Source of the DNA: Arcobacteraceae bacterium
GTDB taxonomy: Bacteria; Campylobacterota; Campylobacteria; Campylobacterales; Arcobacteraceae
Assembly: GCA_963678145.2 (NCBI GenBank)
Contig: CAXXWH010000002.1
Location: 1,150,063 to 1,214,062, forward strand
Reading direction: 5' to 3'
DNA: 64,000 nt
Under the pieces are notes generated by a model that was not told the DNA's origin, searched no databases, and was given only the letters and a program-made list of their open reading frames with translations. Below are positions 45,189 through 55,672 of this stretch, piece by piece; position 1 is the stretch's first letter, and each line of letters begins with the position of its first letter. The translations under genes and the position numbers were made by a program.

Positions 45189-46346
45189 CTAAAGATTTAC
45201 AAAATCTTTCTTAAAATTTACAACCTTTTTCAAATATCTTCTGGTCTCGTGATAAGGAAGCTTGTTTACGAGGGTATTATAAACATCGGAAGGTTTCTTT
45301 GAGTTTATAACGCTAAACGCTTTTGACCTGTTCGTATTAAAAGTTTTCAATACATTGCCGCTTCCCGTATTATATGCGCTTATCACACAATACTCTTTTG
45401 ATATGGAATTATATATATTTGAAAGATACTTCTCTTTTAATATCTGGATATATGCGCTTCCAAGTTCTATATTGTTTTTTGGATCGAACAGATAATCCCT
45501 TGAAGGTGTCCAGCTTTTGTTCTTTATATGTTTATAAGCATCCCTTCCCGCACTGGTAGGAACGATCTGCATAAGCCCTATTGCACCCGCACCGCTTACT
45601 GCGAACTGGTTAAAGTTGCTTTCTGTTCTTATTATGGCATAGACAAGGTTTTCACTTAAATTATATTTTGATGCAAATTTTTTCACATAAGGCTTGAACT
45701 TTGAGACTCTTATTCCAGCATGGTCTTTTACCATGGGGATCGTCACATAAGAGAGTTTTATATTTTTTTTCTGTTTGGTTATGTTTTTTTGTTTAAACTC
45801 GTTTTTTATAAGAATATCGGCAAATCTCTCTGCTCTCCAGGCATATCTTATATCTTTATTCTGATCATCTTTTATCTCCCCCAGAAGATAAGGGGTACCG
45901 CCAAGCTTCACGGGCTTTGTCCCGAACAGATCAACAGCCCTGGGATCATCGGGGAGCAGAAGCGTGGTAACTATAGCATTTTTCAGGCTTTTCTTCGCAT
46001 TTTTTTCATCAAGCGTCTCAATAGTAACGATACCCTTGTCAAAATCTATCATCGCCCTGCTTTTATAATTTTGCAGATATTTTACGTATTCCGTCTTTTG
46101 GGGAATCTTTACGTTCTTTTCGCCCCAGACCGAAGTGATGCTTTCTATAAGTTCTTTAAGATAGGTAAGGTCTTTAGCCAGTTTCTTAGGATTTGAAGCA
46201 TAATTAACTGCTTTTGATCTTGCAATTACCCTTAAAGCTGATGACGGGTCTTTACTTAATGCCGCGGTTGTGATCGATTGTATATCTCCTGCGGTACAGC
46301 CGCCGAATACGAACAGGGTTAGAACTATCAATAATTTTTTTCTCAT
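45189..46346 (-). CDS. Membrane-bound lytic murein transglycosylase (MltC-like lipoprotein)
   Basis: 385 aa with lipobox FGGC and a C-terminal SLT domain carrying the catalytic region (IIRTESNFNQFAVSGAGAIGLMQIVP). Confidence 0.8.
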   Translation of the reverse strand: MRKKLLIVLTLFVFGGCTAGDIQSITTAALSKDPSSALRVIARSKAVNYASNPKKLAKDLTYLKELIESITSVWGEKNVKIPQKTEYVKYLQNYKSRAMIDFDKGIVTIETLDEKNAKKSLKNAIVTTLLLPDDPRAVDLFGTKPVKLGGTPYLLGEIKDDQNKDIRYAWRAERFADILIKNEFKQKNITKQKKNIKLSYVTIPMVKDHAGIRVSKFKPYVKKFASKYNLSENLVYAIIRTESNFNQFAVSGAGAIGLMQIVPTSAGRDAYKHIKNKSWTPSRDYLFDPKNNIELGSAYIQILKEKYLSNIYNSISKEYCVISAYNTGSGNVLKTFNTNRSKAFSVINSKKPSDVYNTLVNKLPYHETRRYLKKVVNFKKDFVNL

Positions 46347-46502
46347 GGCCCAGATTTTAACAAAATCAATTTGTAAATAGCTTTAAGAGTAAAATTAACA
46401 GTTCCGAAACTTTCTATTTTTTCACTAAAATACAAAAATTTATTACTTTGTTAGAATAATTATAATAAAATAATATAATAAATAATTAAAATGAGGACCT
46501 AT

Positions 46503-48416
46503 ATGTTCAAAAACCTTAAAATAAGCACCAAACTAAATCTTAACCTTGCCATTATAATCATCGGGCTGATAATAGCCGCTATTACTTCTTTTACAGTTAT
46601 AAACTCTTTATCCCAAGAGTATAAACACTCCGTGAAAACCGCAAAAAAAACAGACCTGCTCAAATCGATATTCCTGGGAGGACTTTTATACAATTCATCT
46701 TCAGGTGTAGTATTTCAAAATCCAAATTCGCAAAAAGCTAAAAACACAATGAAATCCGCCATATCACAGGTAGACCGATATTATAAGGAGTTTTCAAAGC
46801 TTGATAAAAAACTCTCCATGCAGATATCGGGAAAAGTACAAAACTTTAAAACCACAGCCTCCTCTCTTCAGAAAAAAGCCGCTTCGGGAGAGAAGCTGAC
46901 AAAAGATGATATGAAAACCTCTTTACAAAAATGGAGAGAGCTGAAATTCGAGATCATGGAACACCTTGAGGTACTCAAAAAAGAATCAGCAAGCTCCATA
47001 GAGCACTATGATAACTTGATTGACGATTCATTGGTATTTATCGTTACAAGCATCATTATAGCTGCTATTATTCTTATTATATTCAATATGCTTCTTATAA
47101 AAAGTATCACTACTCCTCTGCATGTCCTGCAAAATGCGATGAAAGCTCTAAGCAACCAGTCCAAGGACAGCAATCAGAAAATAAATAACATTGCAAAAGA
47201 TGAAACCGGAGATATAGCAAACTCTTTCAACAACTTCATAGAGAAGATCCATATCCAGGCTCTTGAGGATGAAAAAGTTATAAAGAACGTCCGGGAAGTT
47301 GTTGAACAGATAAAAAAAGGGAATCTAAGTACAAGGGTAACTACATCTACAACAAACCCTGCAATTATGCACCTTGTTGAGTCACTCAACAGTATGCTTA
47401 CAATACTGCACGAAACAATAGAGCATTCACTTCAGGTTCTTCACCAGTACCAAAACCAAAATTTCACCTCAAAAACAGATATGAGATGCGAAGGGGAAAC
47501 GGCACAGCTAATGGAGGGTATAAACTCTCTTGGTTCCGAGATATCATCCATGCTTGTGACCAGTAATCAAAGAGGTCTTCATTTGCAAAAAAGTTCAATC
47601 GAACTTCTTGAAAATATGGATATATTAAACAAAAGTACCAATGAAGCGGCGGCATCACTGGAAGAAACCGCTGCGGCTCTTGAGCAGATCACCCAAAACG
47701 TAAACCAGAACAATACCAACGTACAAGAGATGTCCAAATATGCCAATGAGGTTATCAATTCCGCAAAACTCGGACAGGAGCTTTCAACCCAGACCGATAA
47801 TGCCATGGATGAGATCAATAATGAAGTAACATCTATCAACGAGGCCATAACCATTATCGACCAGATAGCGTTCCAGACAAATATCCTTTCACTCAATGCT
47901 GCTGTTGAAGCGGCAACTGCTGGTGAAGCGGGTAAAGGTTTCGCAGTTGTTGCGCAGGAGGTTAGAAACCTGGCAAGCAGAAGTGCAGAAGCAGCAAACG
48001 AGATAAAAAAACTAGTAGAAACAGCAAAACACAAAGCAGACAGCGGTAAGGAAGTGGCATTTAAAATGACGCAAGGGTATGAGAAGCTTTATGAGAATAT
48101 AAACGGAACAATAGAGCTTATCTCAAATGTCGAACAGGCAAGCCTGCACCAGCAGCAGGCGATAAGCCAGGTAAACGACGCAGTTAACCTGCTGGACAAG
48201 CAGACACAGAACAATGCTTCCGTAGCCGCACACACCGATACCATTGCAGATCAGACAAATAAAATATCAAACCAGATAGTTGCAGATACACAGTCTAAAC
48301 AGTTTATAGGCAAGAATGAGCCTTCACAAAACGACCAGACCTCTGAAAATAAAAAAACAAAAAAAGAAACAGATAGTACAAAAGATGATATAAAAGATGA
48401 ATGGGAGAATTTTTAA
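46503..48416 (+). CDS. Methyl-accepting chemotaxis protein (helical-bundle periplasmic sensor, HAMP, MA domain)
   Basis: Two TM segments flank a helical periplasmic region of about 150 aa, followed by the conserved MCP tip. I prefer ATG 46503 (GAGGA RBS) to 46491. Confidence 0.9.
   Translation: MFKNLKISTKLNLNLAIIIIGLIIAAITSFTVINSLSQEYKHSVKTAKKTDLLKSIFLGGLLYNSSSGVVFQNPNSQKAKNTMKSAISQVDRYYKEFSKLDKKLSMQISGKVQNFKTTASSLQKKAASGEKLTKDDMKTSLQKWRELKFEIMEHLEVLKKESASSIEHYDNLIDDSLVFIVTSIIIAAIILIIFNMLLIKSITTPLHVLQNAMKALSNQSKDSNQKINNIAKDETGDIANSFNNFIEKIHIQALEDEKVIKNVREVVEQIKKGNLSTRVTTSTTNPAIMHLVESLNSMLTILHETIEHSLQVLHQYQNQNFTSKTDMRCEGETAQLMEGINSLGSEISSMLVTSNQRGLHLQKSSIELLENMDILNKSTNEAAASLEETAAALEQITQNVNQNNTNVQEMSKYANEVINSAKLGQELSTQTDNAMDEINNEVTSINEAITIIDQIAFQTNILSLNAAVEAATAGEAGKGFAVVAQEVRNLASRSAEAANEIKKLVETAKHKADSGKEVAFKMTQGYEKLYENINGTIELISNVEQASLHQQQAISQVNDAVNLLDKQTQNNASVAAHTDTIADQTNKISNQIVADTQSKQFIGKNEPSQNDQTSENKKTKKETDSTKDDIKDEWENF
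47859..48009 (+). repeat. Inverted-repeat copy 2 (MCP signalling-tip coding segment)
   Basis: Partner of 38561-38711 in the opposite orientation. See that entry. Confidence 0.7.
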
Positions 48417-48446
48417 TCCCCCTTCATCCGAAATAATTCTTCGAAG

Positions 48447-51122
48447 TTACCCCTGAATCTCTCCCTCGGGCGCACCGATATAATACCCCTGTGCATAATC
48501 TATCCCAAGCTTTTGAATAGTATGAAGTATCTCTTTTGAAGCTACAAATTCCCCTATGGTCAGATAATCCATTTTTTTTGCAAACTCAATTATGGTTTTT
48601 ACTATCTCTTTCATGTTCTCATCGGAATTTATATTTTTGATCATGCTTCCGTCGATCTTTATAAAATCGGGTTCAAGCTTTACAAGGTATTCAAAATTAC
48701 TGTATCCCGTACCGAAATCGTCTATTGCTATCTTACAACCTAAAAACTTGAGTCTTTTAATAAAGTTCTGTACTATGTTAAACTCATTTATCCCTTCACT
48801 CTCAACTATCTCGATAACCAGTTTTTTGGATAACCTGTATTCCGCTATCATCGTTTCAAGGTAGTTACAAAGCTCCTCATCCAGAATATCTTCAATGGTA
48901 AGATTTATAGAAAACTCTACGTCAAGGTCTTTGAACTTTTCAAAAGACTTTCTGATCACGGTTTTTGTTATATCTATATACTGCCCCGATGATTTTGCCA
49001 CGTCAAGGAAATAAAATGGCGTCACTATAGATCCGTCTTCATCAAGAAGCCTGACCAGAACCTCGTATTTTTCGGTTTTTTGTGATGCCATATTGTATAT
49101 TGGCTGGTAATGGATGATTATTCTGTCTTCAAGCAAAGCTTTTTTAACTTTCTGCGTCCATATTATATTCTGTTCATACACTTTTTCTATATCAAGTTCA
49201 GGTGTATATACCAGTACTTTTTTATTTATCTCTTTTGCATATTTGTTGGCTATCTCCGCAGTTGAAATAATTGTCTCGTTGTCATTTGTAGATATCCCCG
49301 TAGTGGTTACGATATCAAACGATTCAATATCTGTTTCAATAACAGATTCGATCATTTTTGTATTCAGGTGCTCCATATAATTTACAAACCGGGTAGTATC
49401 CAGGGTAAAATTATGAATCGCAAATTTATCAGAATGCAGCCTGTAAAGCTGGAATTCGTCCGTTAAGGCCTCTTTGATAAGCTCTGAGAACTTTTGAATT
49501 ATCTCATCACCCAGGATATGTCCGTAAAAATCATTTATTGCGGCAAATTTATCAATATCTATGACCGCTATGTTGTTTACAAAGTGCTCTTTTATATCAA
49601 GGTTTAATTTATACCTGTTTCCAAAACCTGTGAGCTGATCCTTGGTTGCGATATTTATAAGGTTTTTTCTCTGCTCCATCAATTCTGTTATATCGTGTCT
49701 TACGGCAAGATACTCTACTATCTCTTTTTTTGTATTGAAAATAGGCATTATGGCGATATCCACATCATAAAAACCGCCGTTTTTCTTTCTGTTCCTAAGT
49801 ATCCCTTTCCATACTTTTCCCGACTGAATGGTAAGCCATAATATCTTGAAGGTCTCTTTAGGGGTCTTTGGATCCCTTAAAAGAGAATGGGGTTTGCCTA
49901 TCACCTCATCTTTGGAATATCCCGAAACCTTGCAGAAGTTATCGTTTACGTAGGTGATCCTTCCTTCTTTATCCGATTTTGAGATAATATTGTTTACATT
50001 CATCGCTTCAAGATATTCATCGAATATCATTGATTTCTCATCAAGCTTTCTTGTGGCATTAAAAACCTTTGATGATAGAAGAGAAGGTATATAAGCCAAA
50101 AGAAACCCTATAGGTCCGCTTAATAAAAGCACTATGGTCAGAGTGTCAAATATTTTATGCAGATTGTTCCTTGTTATCTGCTTTATCTTGGAAGATTTGA
50201 TCTTCAGGATCATTACAATTTTCTGTTTCAGTCCCACATCAAGGTTTATCTGCTTTGAATGGTAAAGCTCGGAATCAAACTCATAAGAACTTAAGAACTG
50301 TTCAATATATTCCCTGGAAGCAAAATTCTTGATATCTATCTTTTTAAGAAGATATTTTGACCAGGAATAATCCAAAAGCCTGCCGTCGTATTCATGGTAA
50401 CCTATCAGGAACTCCCCCTCTTTATCCATCAAAGAAACTATAAAAAGATCCTCTTTTGTTATGTGATCAAGAATACCTTCCATAAAGATATTTAAAATAA
50501 GTATACCTTCAAAGCTCTCCTTATTATAAACCGGAACCCCGAACCTTAATGTCGGAACATAAGGCTTCTGGATCTTTCCGTGCTCTATGTTAAGGTCAAT
50601 ATCAGAGGTCCAGACACCGGACACCTTGTCCATGGCTGCAATCTCTTTAAAGTAATACCTGTCTTTTTTATTTTGAAGGGTGCTGTCCTCTACTATCTCA
50701 TAATTAAAATCTCTTTGGGTTCTTTGTAAACGCACCTTCTCCATACCCTCTTTATCTATATAACGGATCTGCATAATATTCTTATCAGATGCTATATCGT
50801 TCTCAAAAAGTGCTATAACCTCTTCTTTGCCCTCTTTTTCCTGAATATAGTTTTTGAAGATCCCGTTAGAGGATAATGAATTTAATTTAAATTTATATTT
50901 GTCAATATGTGATTTTAGGTAATCTGTCCTGTTTTGTATAAAAGATATTGCTTCTTCATGAATCTGGTCTTTAATATATTTTTGTTCATAATTATAATTT
51001 ACTAAAAATGTAATAACTGCTATGATCACAGCGAAAAATATAAATATAAAAGAGAAAAATATTTTTAATTTAAAGGGACTTTTTAAAAATCTGTCCCAAA
51101 AAGTGATTGTTTTATCCACCAT
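48447..51122 (-). CDS. Cache-like sensor / PAS / degenerate GGDEF / EAL c-di-GMP phosphodiesterase
   Basis: 891 aa. TM helix, a periplasmic Cache-like region, a second TM helix and PAS. The GGDEF site reads RLHSDKF (degenerate). The EAL domain has EVL, DDFGTGYSN, KIDG and QGYY motifs intact. Confidence 0.9.
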   Translation of the reverse strand: MVDKTITFWDRFLKSPFKLKIFFSFIFIFFAVIIAVITFLVNYNYEQKYIKDQIHEEAISFIQNRTDYLKSHIDKYKFKLNSLSSNGIFKNYIQEKEGKEEVIALFENDIASDKNIMQIRYIDKEGMEKVRLQRTQRDFNYEIVEDSTLQNKKDRYYFKEIAAMDKVSGVWTSDIDLNIEHGKIQKPYVPTLRFGVPVYNKESFEGILILNIFMEGILDHITKEDLFIVSLMDKEGEFLIGYHEYDGRLLDYSWSKYLLKKIDIKNFASREYIEQFLSSYEFDSELYHSKQINLDVGLKQKIVMILKIKSSKIKQITRNNLHKIFDTLTIVLLLSGPIGFLLAYIPSLLSSKVFNATRKLDEKSMIFDEYLEAMNVNNIISKSDKEGRITYVNDNFCKVSGYSKDEVIGKPHSLLRDPKTPKETFKILWLTIQSGKVWKGILRNRKKNGGFYDVDIAIMPIFNTKKEIVEYLAVRHDITELMEQRKNLINIATKDQLTGFGNRYKLNLDIKEHFVNNIAVIDIDKFAAINDFYGHILGDEIIQKFSELIKEALTDEFQLYRLHSDKFAIHNFTLDTTRFVNYMEHLNTKMIESVIETDIESFDIVTTTGISTNDNETIISTAEIANKYAKEINKKVLVYTPELDIEKVYEQNIIWTQKVKKALLEDRIIIHYQPIYNMASQKTEKYEVLVRLLDEDGSIVTPFYFLDVAKSSGQYIDITKTVIRKSFEKFKDLDVEFSINLTIEDILDEELCNYLETMIAEYRLSKKLVIEIVESEGINEFNIVQNFIKRLKFLGCKIAIDDFGTGYSNFEYLVKLEPDFIKIDGSMIKNINSDENMKEIVKTIIEFAKKMDYLTIGEFVASKEILHTIQKLGIDYAQGYYIGAPEGEIQG

Positions 51123-51164
51123 CTGTTAAACCTTTTTTATTCTTTGTAACTATTCTACCCTAAA

Positions 51165-54100
51165 TCAACTCTGTAAATCAACCAGTATTTTCTCTACCTT
51201 CTGTGCCGCTTCCTCAAAACTATATCTTGAAAGCGACTTTTCTATATTATCCAAAAGCTCTTCTTCGAACATTGACCCCAGTGGTTCTTTTATTGTTTCA
51301 AACTTTTTGGCCGCTTCGGGATTAAAAAGTTCACATAACTCTTTTATCTCCTGCAGTGTTTTTAAGATATCCTTGTTTCCAAACTTTTTCTTTTCAATAT
51401 ATACTTTATTATTTATATCTTTTATTATATGATCCAACTCTTCATAGAGCTCTTTGATCTGTTCTTTTGTCACTTCACCACTTTTTTCATGGAGATTCTT
51501 GGCCATGGCGTAAAGTTTCAGGGCGCTTACATTCCCGCTTACCCCTTTTAATTGGTGCAGGGTCTTTGCCAGCTGTTCTTTGTTCTGCTCCCCTTCCATG
51601 AAATCTTTTAACTTATCCAGAGTCTCTTCTTGATTTTTTGCAAATTTCAATAAAAGATTTTTAAACTTTTCTTCATTGCCCATCAATCTGCTGATACCGG
51701 ATTCCATATCGATACCGTAAACTTGACTTTTCATATCTTTTATTTTTATGCTTTCCTCTTTTATGGACATATCAAACCACTGTTTGAGTTTTTCAAGGAA
51801 AGATGAAGGCTCTATAGGCTTGAGTATAAAGTCGTTGAACATACTCTTATCCCCTTTTATACTATCCGCACTCAAGGCTATTATAGGCAGTTCTTTTAAC
51901 CTAAGCTCCTCTTTTATTAGTCTCGTTGCCTCAAAACCGTCCATTACGGGCATCTGCAGATCCATAAGTACAAGGTCATATGCGCTGTTGCTCTGTTTTA
52001 ATTTTAATAGGGCGTCTTTACCGTTAAGTGCAAAATCAACTTCAAAATTCCAGTCCTTTAATATATCTCCGATCACAATTCTGTTAATTTCGTTATCGTC
52101 AACTATGAGTATTGAGTTTTTTTCGTCGTCAACCCCTATTTTTTTCATTACCTCTATATTGTTTGGTTCAATAGCAGCTTCTTTATCCTCTTTGCCAAGA
52201 TGCACTACCAAATCAAAACTAAACAGGGAACCTTTGCCCTCTTCACTTTTTAGATCAATATGCGACCCCATCAAAGTAAGAAGCTGTTTACAAATAGCAA
52301 GTCCGAGCCCCGTTCCACCGAACTTTCTTGTAATTGAGGAATCTGCCTGGGAAAATTTATTGAATATCTGGCTTTGCTTCTCTTCACTTATGCCGATTCC
52401 GGTGTCTCTTACCTTTATTCGAAGTTTCAGCTCGTCTGCTTCAATATGAAGAAGTTCTAACTGTAAAACTATCTCTCCCTCTTTTGTGAACTTAAGACTG
52501 TTGCTTATGAGATTCGATATGATCTGTTTTATCCGGACCTTATCCCCTAAGACATTATTTGGAATCTGCTCATCTATACGGATAAAAAACTCTATTTTCC
52601 TATCCTCTATCCTTTCTCTGAACATATCTTCTATCTCTCTAACCATTTTTCTCAAACTAAAAGAGATATCTTCGATCTCTATTTTTCTGGCTTCTATCTT
52701 TGAAAAATCAAGTATATCGTTTATTATATCAAGCAGGCTGTATGAAGATGTTTTTATCTGTTTTACATAGTTTAACTGTTTTTTGTTTTGAAGAGTTTTC
52801 TCAAGCAGATAACCTATTCCTATGATTGCGTTAAGGGGTGTTCTTACCTCATGGGACATATTTGCCAGGAATTCCGATTTTGCGGTACTTGCCTGCTCTG
52901 CTTGTTTTTTTGCTTTTATGATCTCCTGTTCATTTCTTACCTGCTCGGTTATATCGATAATCGCACCTATTAACTCTTTTGAACCGTCTTTGAATACTTT
53001 TAATTTGGCGCTTGTACGGATTACTTTCAGATTATCTTTCACTGTTCTTATTTTAAAGACAAGGCTCAACGGCGTTTCTTCAGTAATAGACTTTTCCATT
53101 TCATCCTCAACTCTTTGCTTGTCTTCAGGGACTATTCTGTCTATAAACAGGCTGATGGGTACTATCAAGCTGCCGGGCACTTTTTGTTTGTATATATCGA
53201 TATCCCATATCTCGAATCCCTCTTTGCTCACTTCCACATCCAAAGTATGTGTATTCAGTCTCCAGCTTCCAAGATGTACTACAGTCTGTACCTCATACAA
53301 AGCAGCCTGTGTTCTTTTAAGATTTATGTTGGTTTCTTCAAGTTCGTTTCTTGCTCTTTTTATTGAATTATTAACCTTTATGGCCATAATATAAACGATC
53401 AACACTCCGCCTATGGATATAAATGACAATATGGATATAAAACTTATTATTAATAAGATCATCTTATTGAAGCTTTTATAAGCTTCCTTTTTATCTATTT
53501 TTGAGCAGATACCGATATTAAGCTCTTTATTCCATTTCCACACGGACAGAACCTCAATACCCCGGTAATCTCTGTGACCTTGCATATCCGATCCGTTCTG
53601 ACCTTTAAGTGCTTTTTCAACACTGTATATAAATGATTCCGTATCTATTAAGATTTTTGGGTTAAACCCTTTTGTAATATCCCCTCCCGGGTCTTTCAAT
53701 TTTATAGAAAGAATACTTTGCTCATTTTCTCTAAGAAGGCCTGTTTTTTTAAGCATTTTCTCGAACCTGCTTTTTGTAAGAAGTCTTCCTTGCTCATCAA
53801 AACTTACGGTTTCAAGAGTTTCATCAAAATTTCCCAGCTGGTGAATTTTACTAAAAGAGTCCGCAGGATCCAGTTTCAGGGCAACAACAAGTTCTATCTG
53901 TTTGTTTTCATTTTCAATCCCTATTGCAAAAAAGATCCCGGCAGGGTTCTTTACACCTTTTTGGGTTTTGTTTATGCCAAGAACAACAGGCGGTATGAAG
54001 ACACTTTCCCCCTTTAATGCTTTATTAAAATATTTTCCCCTTTTTACTGTTAAAGGGATTGACTGATTTAGATATTCGTCATTTTTCGAGGCCAGGACTT

Positions 54101-54518
54101 TTCCCCCTTTATGGATCAAAAAAAAGTCCTGAAAATTCATATGGGGCAGTTCTTTTTTGAAAAACTCCCTTATCTTTTTCAAATGGGGTGTTTTTGATAT
54201 ATCCTGTTTGTTACGATAAGATTCTAACTGCTTTTGGGAAAGCTGCTGTAATTTTCTGCTTGAAGTAATAAATTGCAGGTGTGTTTTTCTCTCTTTTATC
54301 CAGAATAACAGATCTTCCTGGGTACTTAGAATCTTTGAATCCAGCTTGTTTTGAATATTCCGTTTAAAAATCTCTTCAAACTTTTCAATGGCGAAATACG
54401 AGATAACCACCATCAACAATGTGATCAGAAAAGTTATAAACGCAGTTATAATTTTTGCCTTTAATGAATTAAGGTCATATTTTGAAAATTCCATTATGTT
54501 CTCTTTATCTATTTTCAT
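51165..54518 (-). CDS. Hybrid sensor histidine kinase (periplasmic sensor, PAS, HisKA, HATPase, REC, Hpt)
   Basis: 1117 aa with H-box [13 protein letters not shown]-box [11 protein letters not shown], receiver ([11 protein letters not shown]...[13 protein letters not shown]) and C-terminal Hpt ([11 protein letters not shown]). Confidence 0.9.
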   Translation of the reverse strand: MKIDKENIMEFSKYDLNSLKAKIITAFITFLITLLMVVISYFAIEKFEEIFKRNIQNKLDSKILSTQEDLLFWIKERKTHLQFITSSRKLQQLSQKQLESYRNKQDISKTPHLKKIREFFKKELPHMNFQDFFLIHKGGKVLASKNDEYLNQSIPLTVKRGKYFNKALKGESVFIPPVVLGINKTQKGVKNPAGIFFAIGIENENKQIELVVALKLDPADSFSKIHQLGNFDETLETVSFDEQGRLLTKSRFEKMLKKTGLLRENEQSILSIKLKDPGGDITKGFNPKILIDTESFIYSVEKALKGQNGSDMQGHRDYRGIEVLSVWKWNKELNIGICSKIDKKEAYKSFNKMILLIISFISILSFISIGGVLIVYIMAIKVNNSIKRARNELEETNINLKRTQAALYEVQTVVHLGSWRLNTHTLDVEVSKEGFEIWDIDIYKQKVPGSLIVPISLFIDRIVPEDKQRVEDEMEKSITEETPLSLVFKIRTVKDNLKVIRTSAKLKVFKDGSKELIGAIIDITEQVRNEQEIIKAKKQAEQASTAKSEFLANMSHEVRTPLNAIIGIGYLLEKTLQNKKQLNYVKQIKTSSYSLLDIINDILDFSKIEARKIEIEDISFSLRKMVREIEDMFRERIEDRKIEFFIRIDEQIPNNVLGDKVRIKQIISNLISNSLKFTKEGEIVLQLELLHIEADELKLRIKVRDTGIGISEEKQSQIFNKFSQADSSITRKFGGTGLGLAICKQLLTLMGSHIDLKSEEGKGSLFSFDLVVHLGKEDKEAAIEPNNIEVMKKIGVDDEKNSILIVDDNEINRIVIGDILKDWNFEVDFALNGKDALLKLKQSNSAYDLVLMDLQMPVMDGFEATRLIKEELRLKELPIIALSADSIKGDKSMFNDFILKPIEPSSFLEKLKQWFDMSIKEESIKIKDMKSQVYGIDMESGISRLMGNEEKFKNLLLKFAKNQEETLDKLKDFMEGEQNKEQLAKTLHQLKGVSGNVSALKLYAMAKNLHEKSGEVTKEQIKELYEELDHIIKDINNKVYIEKKKFGNKDILKTLQEIKELCELFNPEAAKKFETIKEPLGSMFEEELLDNIEKSLSRYSFEEAAQKVEKILVDLQS

Positions 54519-54523
54519 ATGTT

Positions 54524-55558
54524 TTAATTAATCCCCGTTTCCGAATATTTTTCTTTGATCTGCATAACCTGAGGGATAATTGATTTAAAGACTGCAAAGA
54601 TCTCCGGATCAAAATGTTTACCTGTGTTTTTTTCCATATATTGAAGTGCCGTTTGAGTATCCCAGGCTTCCTTATAAGGCCTTTTGGTTGTCAGTGCATC
54701 AAAAACATCGGCTATTGTTATAATCCTTGCGCTTAAAGGTATATCCTTGCCTTTAAGACCTCTGGGATATCCTGTACCGTCATACTTTTCATGGTGAGCC
54801 AAAGCTATCTCACCTGCCAGGCGCAAAAGCTCGTTTTTATCATCTCCAATTATCTCTGCCCCGAAATTTGGATGATCTTTCATAATCTTCCATTCATCTT
54901 CATCCAAAGAACCCTCTTTTTGCAGAATATGGTCAGGTATACCGATCTTTCCTATATCGTGCATCGGTGCAGCTTTGAATATAAGGTCAACCCATTTCTT
55001 ATCATCAGGGAAAAGCACACTTGCTATAAGTCTGGAATAATGACTCATCCTTATTACGTGCATTCCTGTTTCATTATCCTTGAACTCTGCCGCTCTACCC
55101 AGTATTCGTATTATCTGAAGTTTCGTATCTTCTATCTCTTTGGTTCTTTGGATAACTTTCTCTTCCAGCTCTCGCCTGAATGTGTAAAGCTCCAGGTGCG
55201 TTTCTACCCGTGCCCTTACTACGGCTGGTTTTATAGGCTTGGTTATATAATCAACGGCTCCTAGTTTAAGACCTTTCTCTTCACTGTCAATACTGCTGTC
55301 TGCTGTAATGAATATAATGGGTATCTTTGACCAGAGAGGATCTTTTTTGAGTGTGATGCATAATTCATAACCGTCAATTTCGGGCATCATAATATCAAGT
55401 AAAATTATATCGGGAGGATTTTTTTTAACAAATTCTGCAACTTTCCTAGAATCTTTTATGGCATAGATCACATATTGATCTTCAAGTATCTCTTTTAAAA
55501 CATCAATATTCTCTATTTGATCGTCAATTATCAAGATCTTGAACTTTTTCATTGCCAT
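54524..55558 (-). CDS. Response regulator with HD-GYP c-di-GMP phosphodiesterase domain (RpfG-like)
   Basis: 344 aa. REC ([10 protein letters not shown]...[13 protein letters not shown]) plus HD-GYP (HDIGKIGIP ... [13 protein letters not shown]). Confidence 0.9.
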   Translation of the reverse strand: MAMKKFKILIIDDQIENIDVLKEILEDQYVIYAIKDSRKVAEFVKKNPPDIILLDIMMPEIDGYELCITLKKDPLWSKIPIIFITADSSIDSEEKGLKLGAVDYITKPIKPAVVRARVETHLELYTFRRELEEKVIQRTKEIEDTKLQIIRILGRAAEFKDNETGMHVIRMSHYSRLIASVLFPDDKKWVDLIFKAAPMHDIGKIGIPDHILQKEGSLDEDEWKIMKDHPNFGAEIIGDDKNELLRLAGEIALAHHEKYDGTGYPRGLKGKDIPLSARIITIADVFDALTTKRPYKEAWDTQTALQYMEKNTGKHFDPEIFAVFKSIIPQVMQIKEKYSETGIN

Positions 55559-55672
55559 ACCTCTGCATCTGCATTTATAATATTTTATTTAATTTTTTAT
55601 TTTATTACGATAAAATGATAAAAATATATATAAATAATAATTATATTTTAACCCTTTCATTAGAGCAGGACC

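Noticed and set aside
45720-46196. 158-aa plus-strand ORF inside the MltC-like gene, and a 157-aa ORF at 54791-55264 inside the HD-GYP gene
   Set aside because: They are antisense to genes with clear catalytic motifs. They have no RBS, and the composition is typical of shadow frames.
51748-53394. Long plus-strand ORFs (233 aa at 51748-52449, 94 aa, 61 aa, 190 aa at 52822-53394, 83 aa) opposite the hybrid kinase gene
   Set aside because: They lie entirely antisense to a well-supported 1117-aa gene. They are Ser/Leu/Ile/Phe-rich low-complexity translations with no RBS and no motifs, typical shadow ORFs of AT-rich coding DNA.
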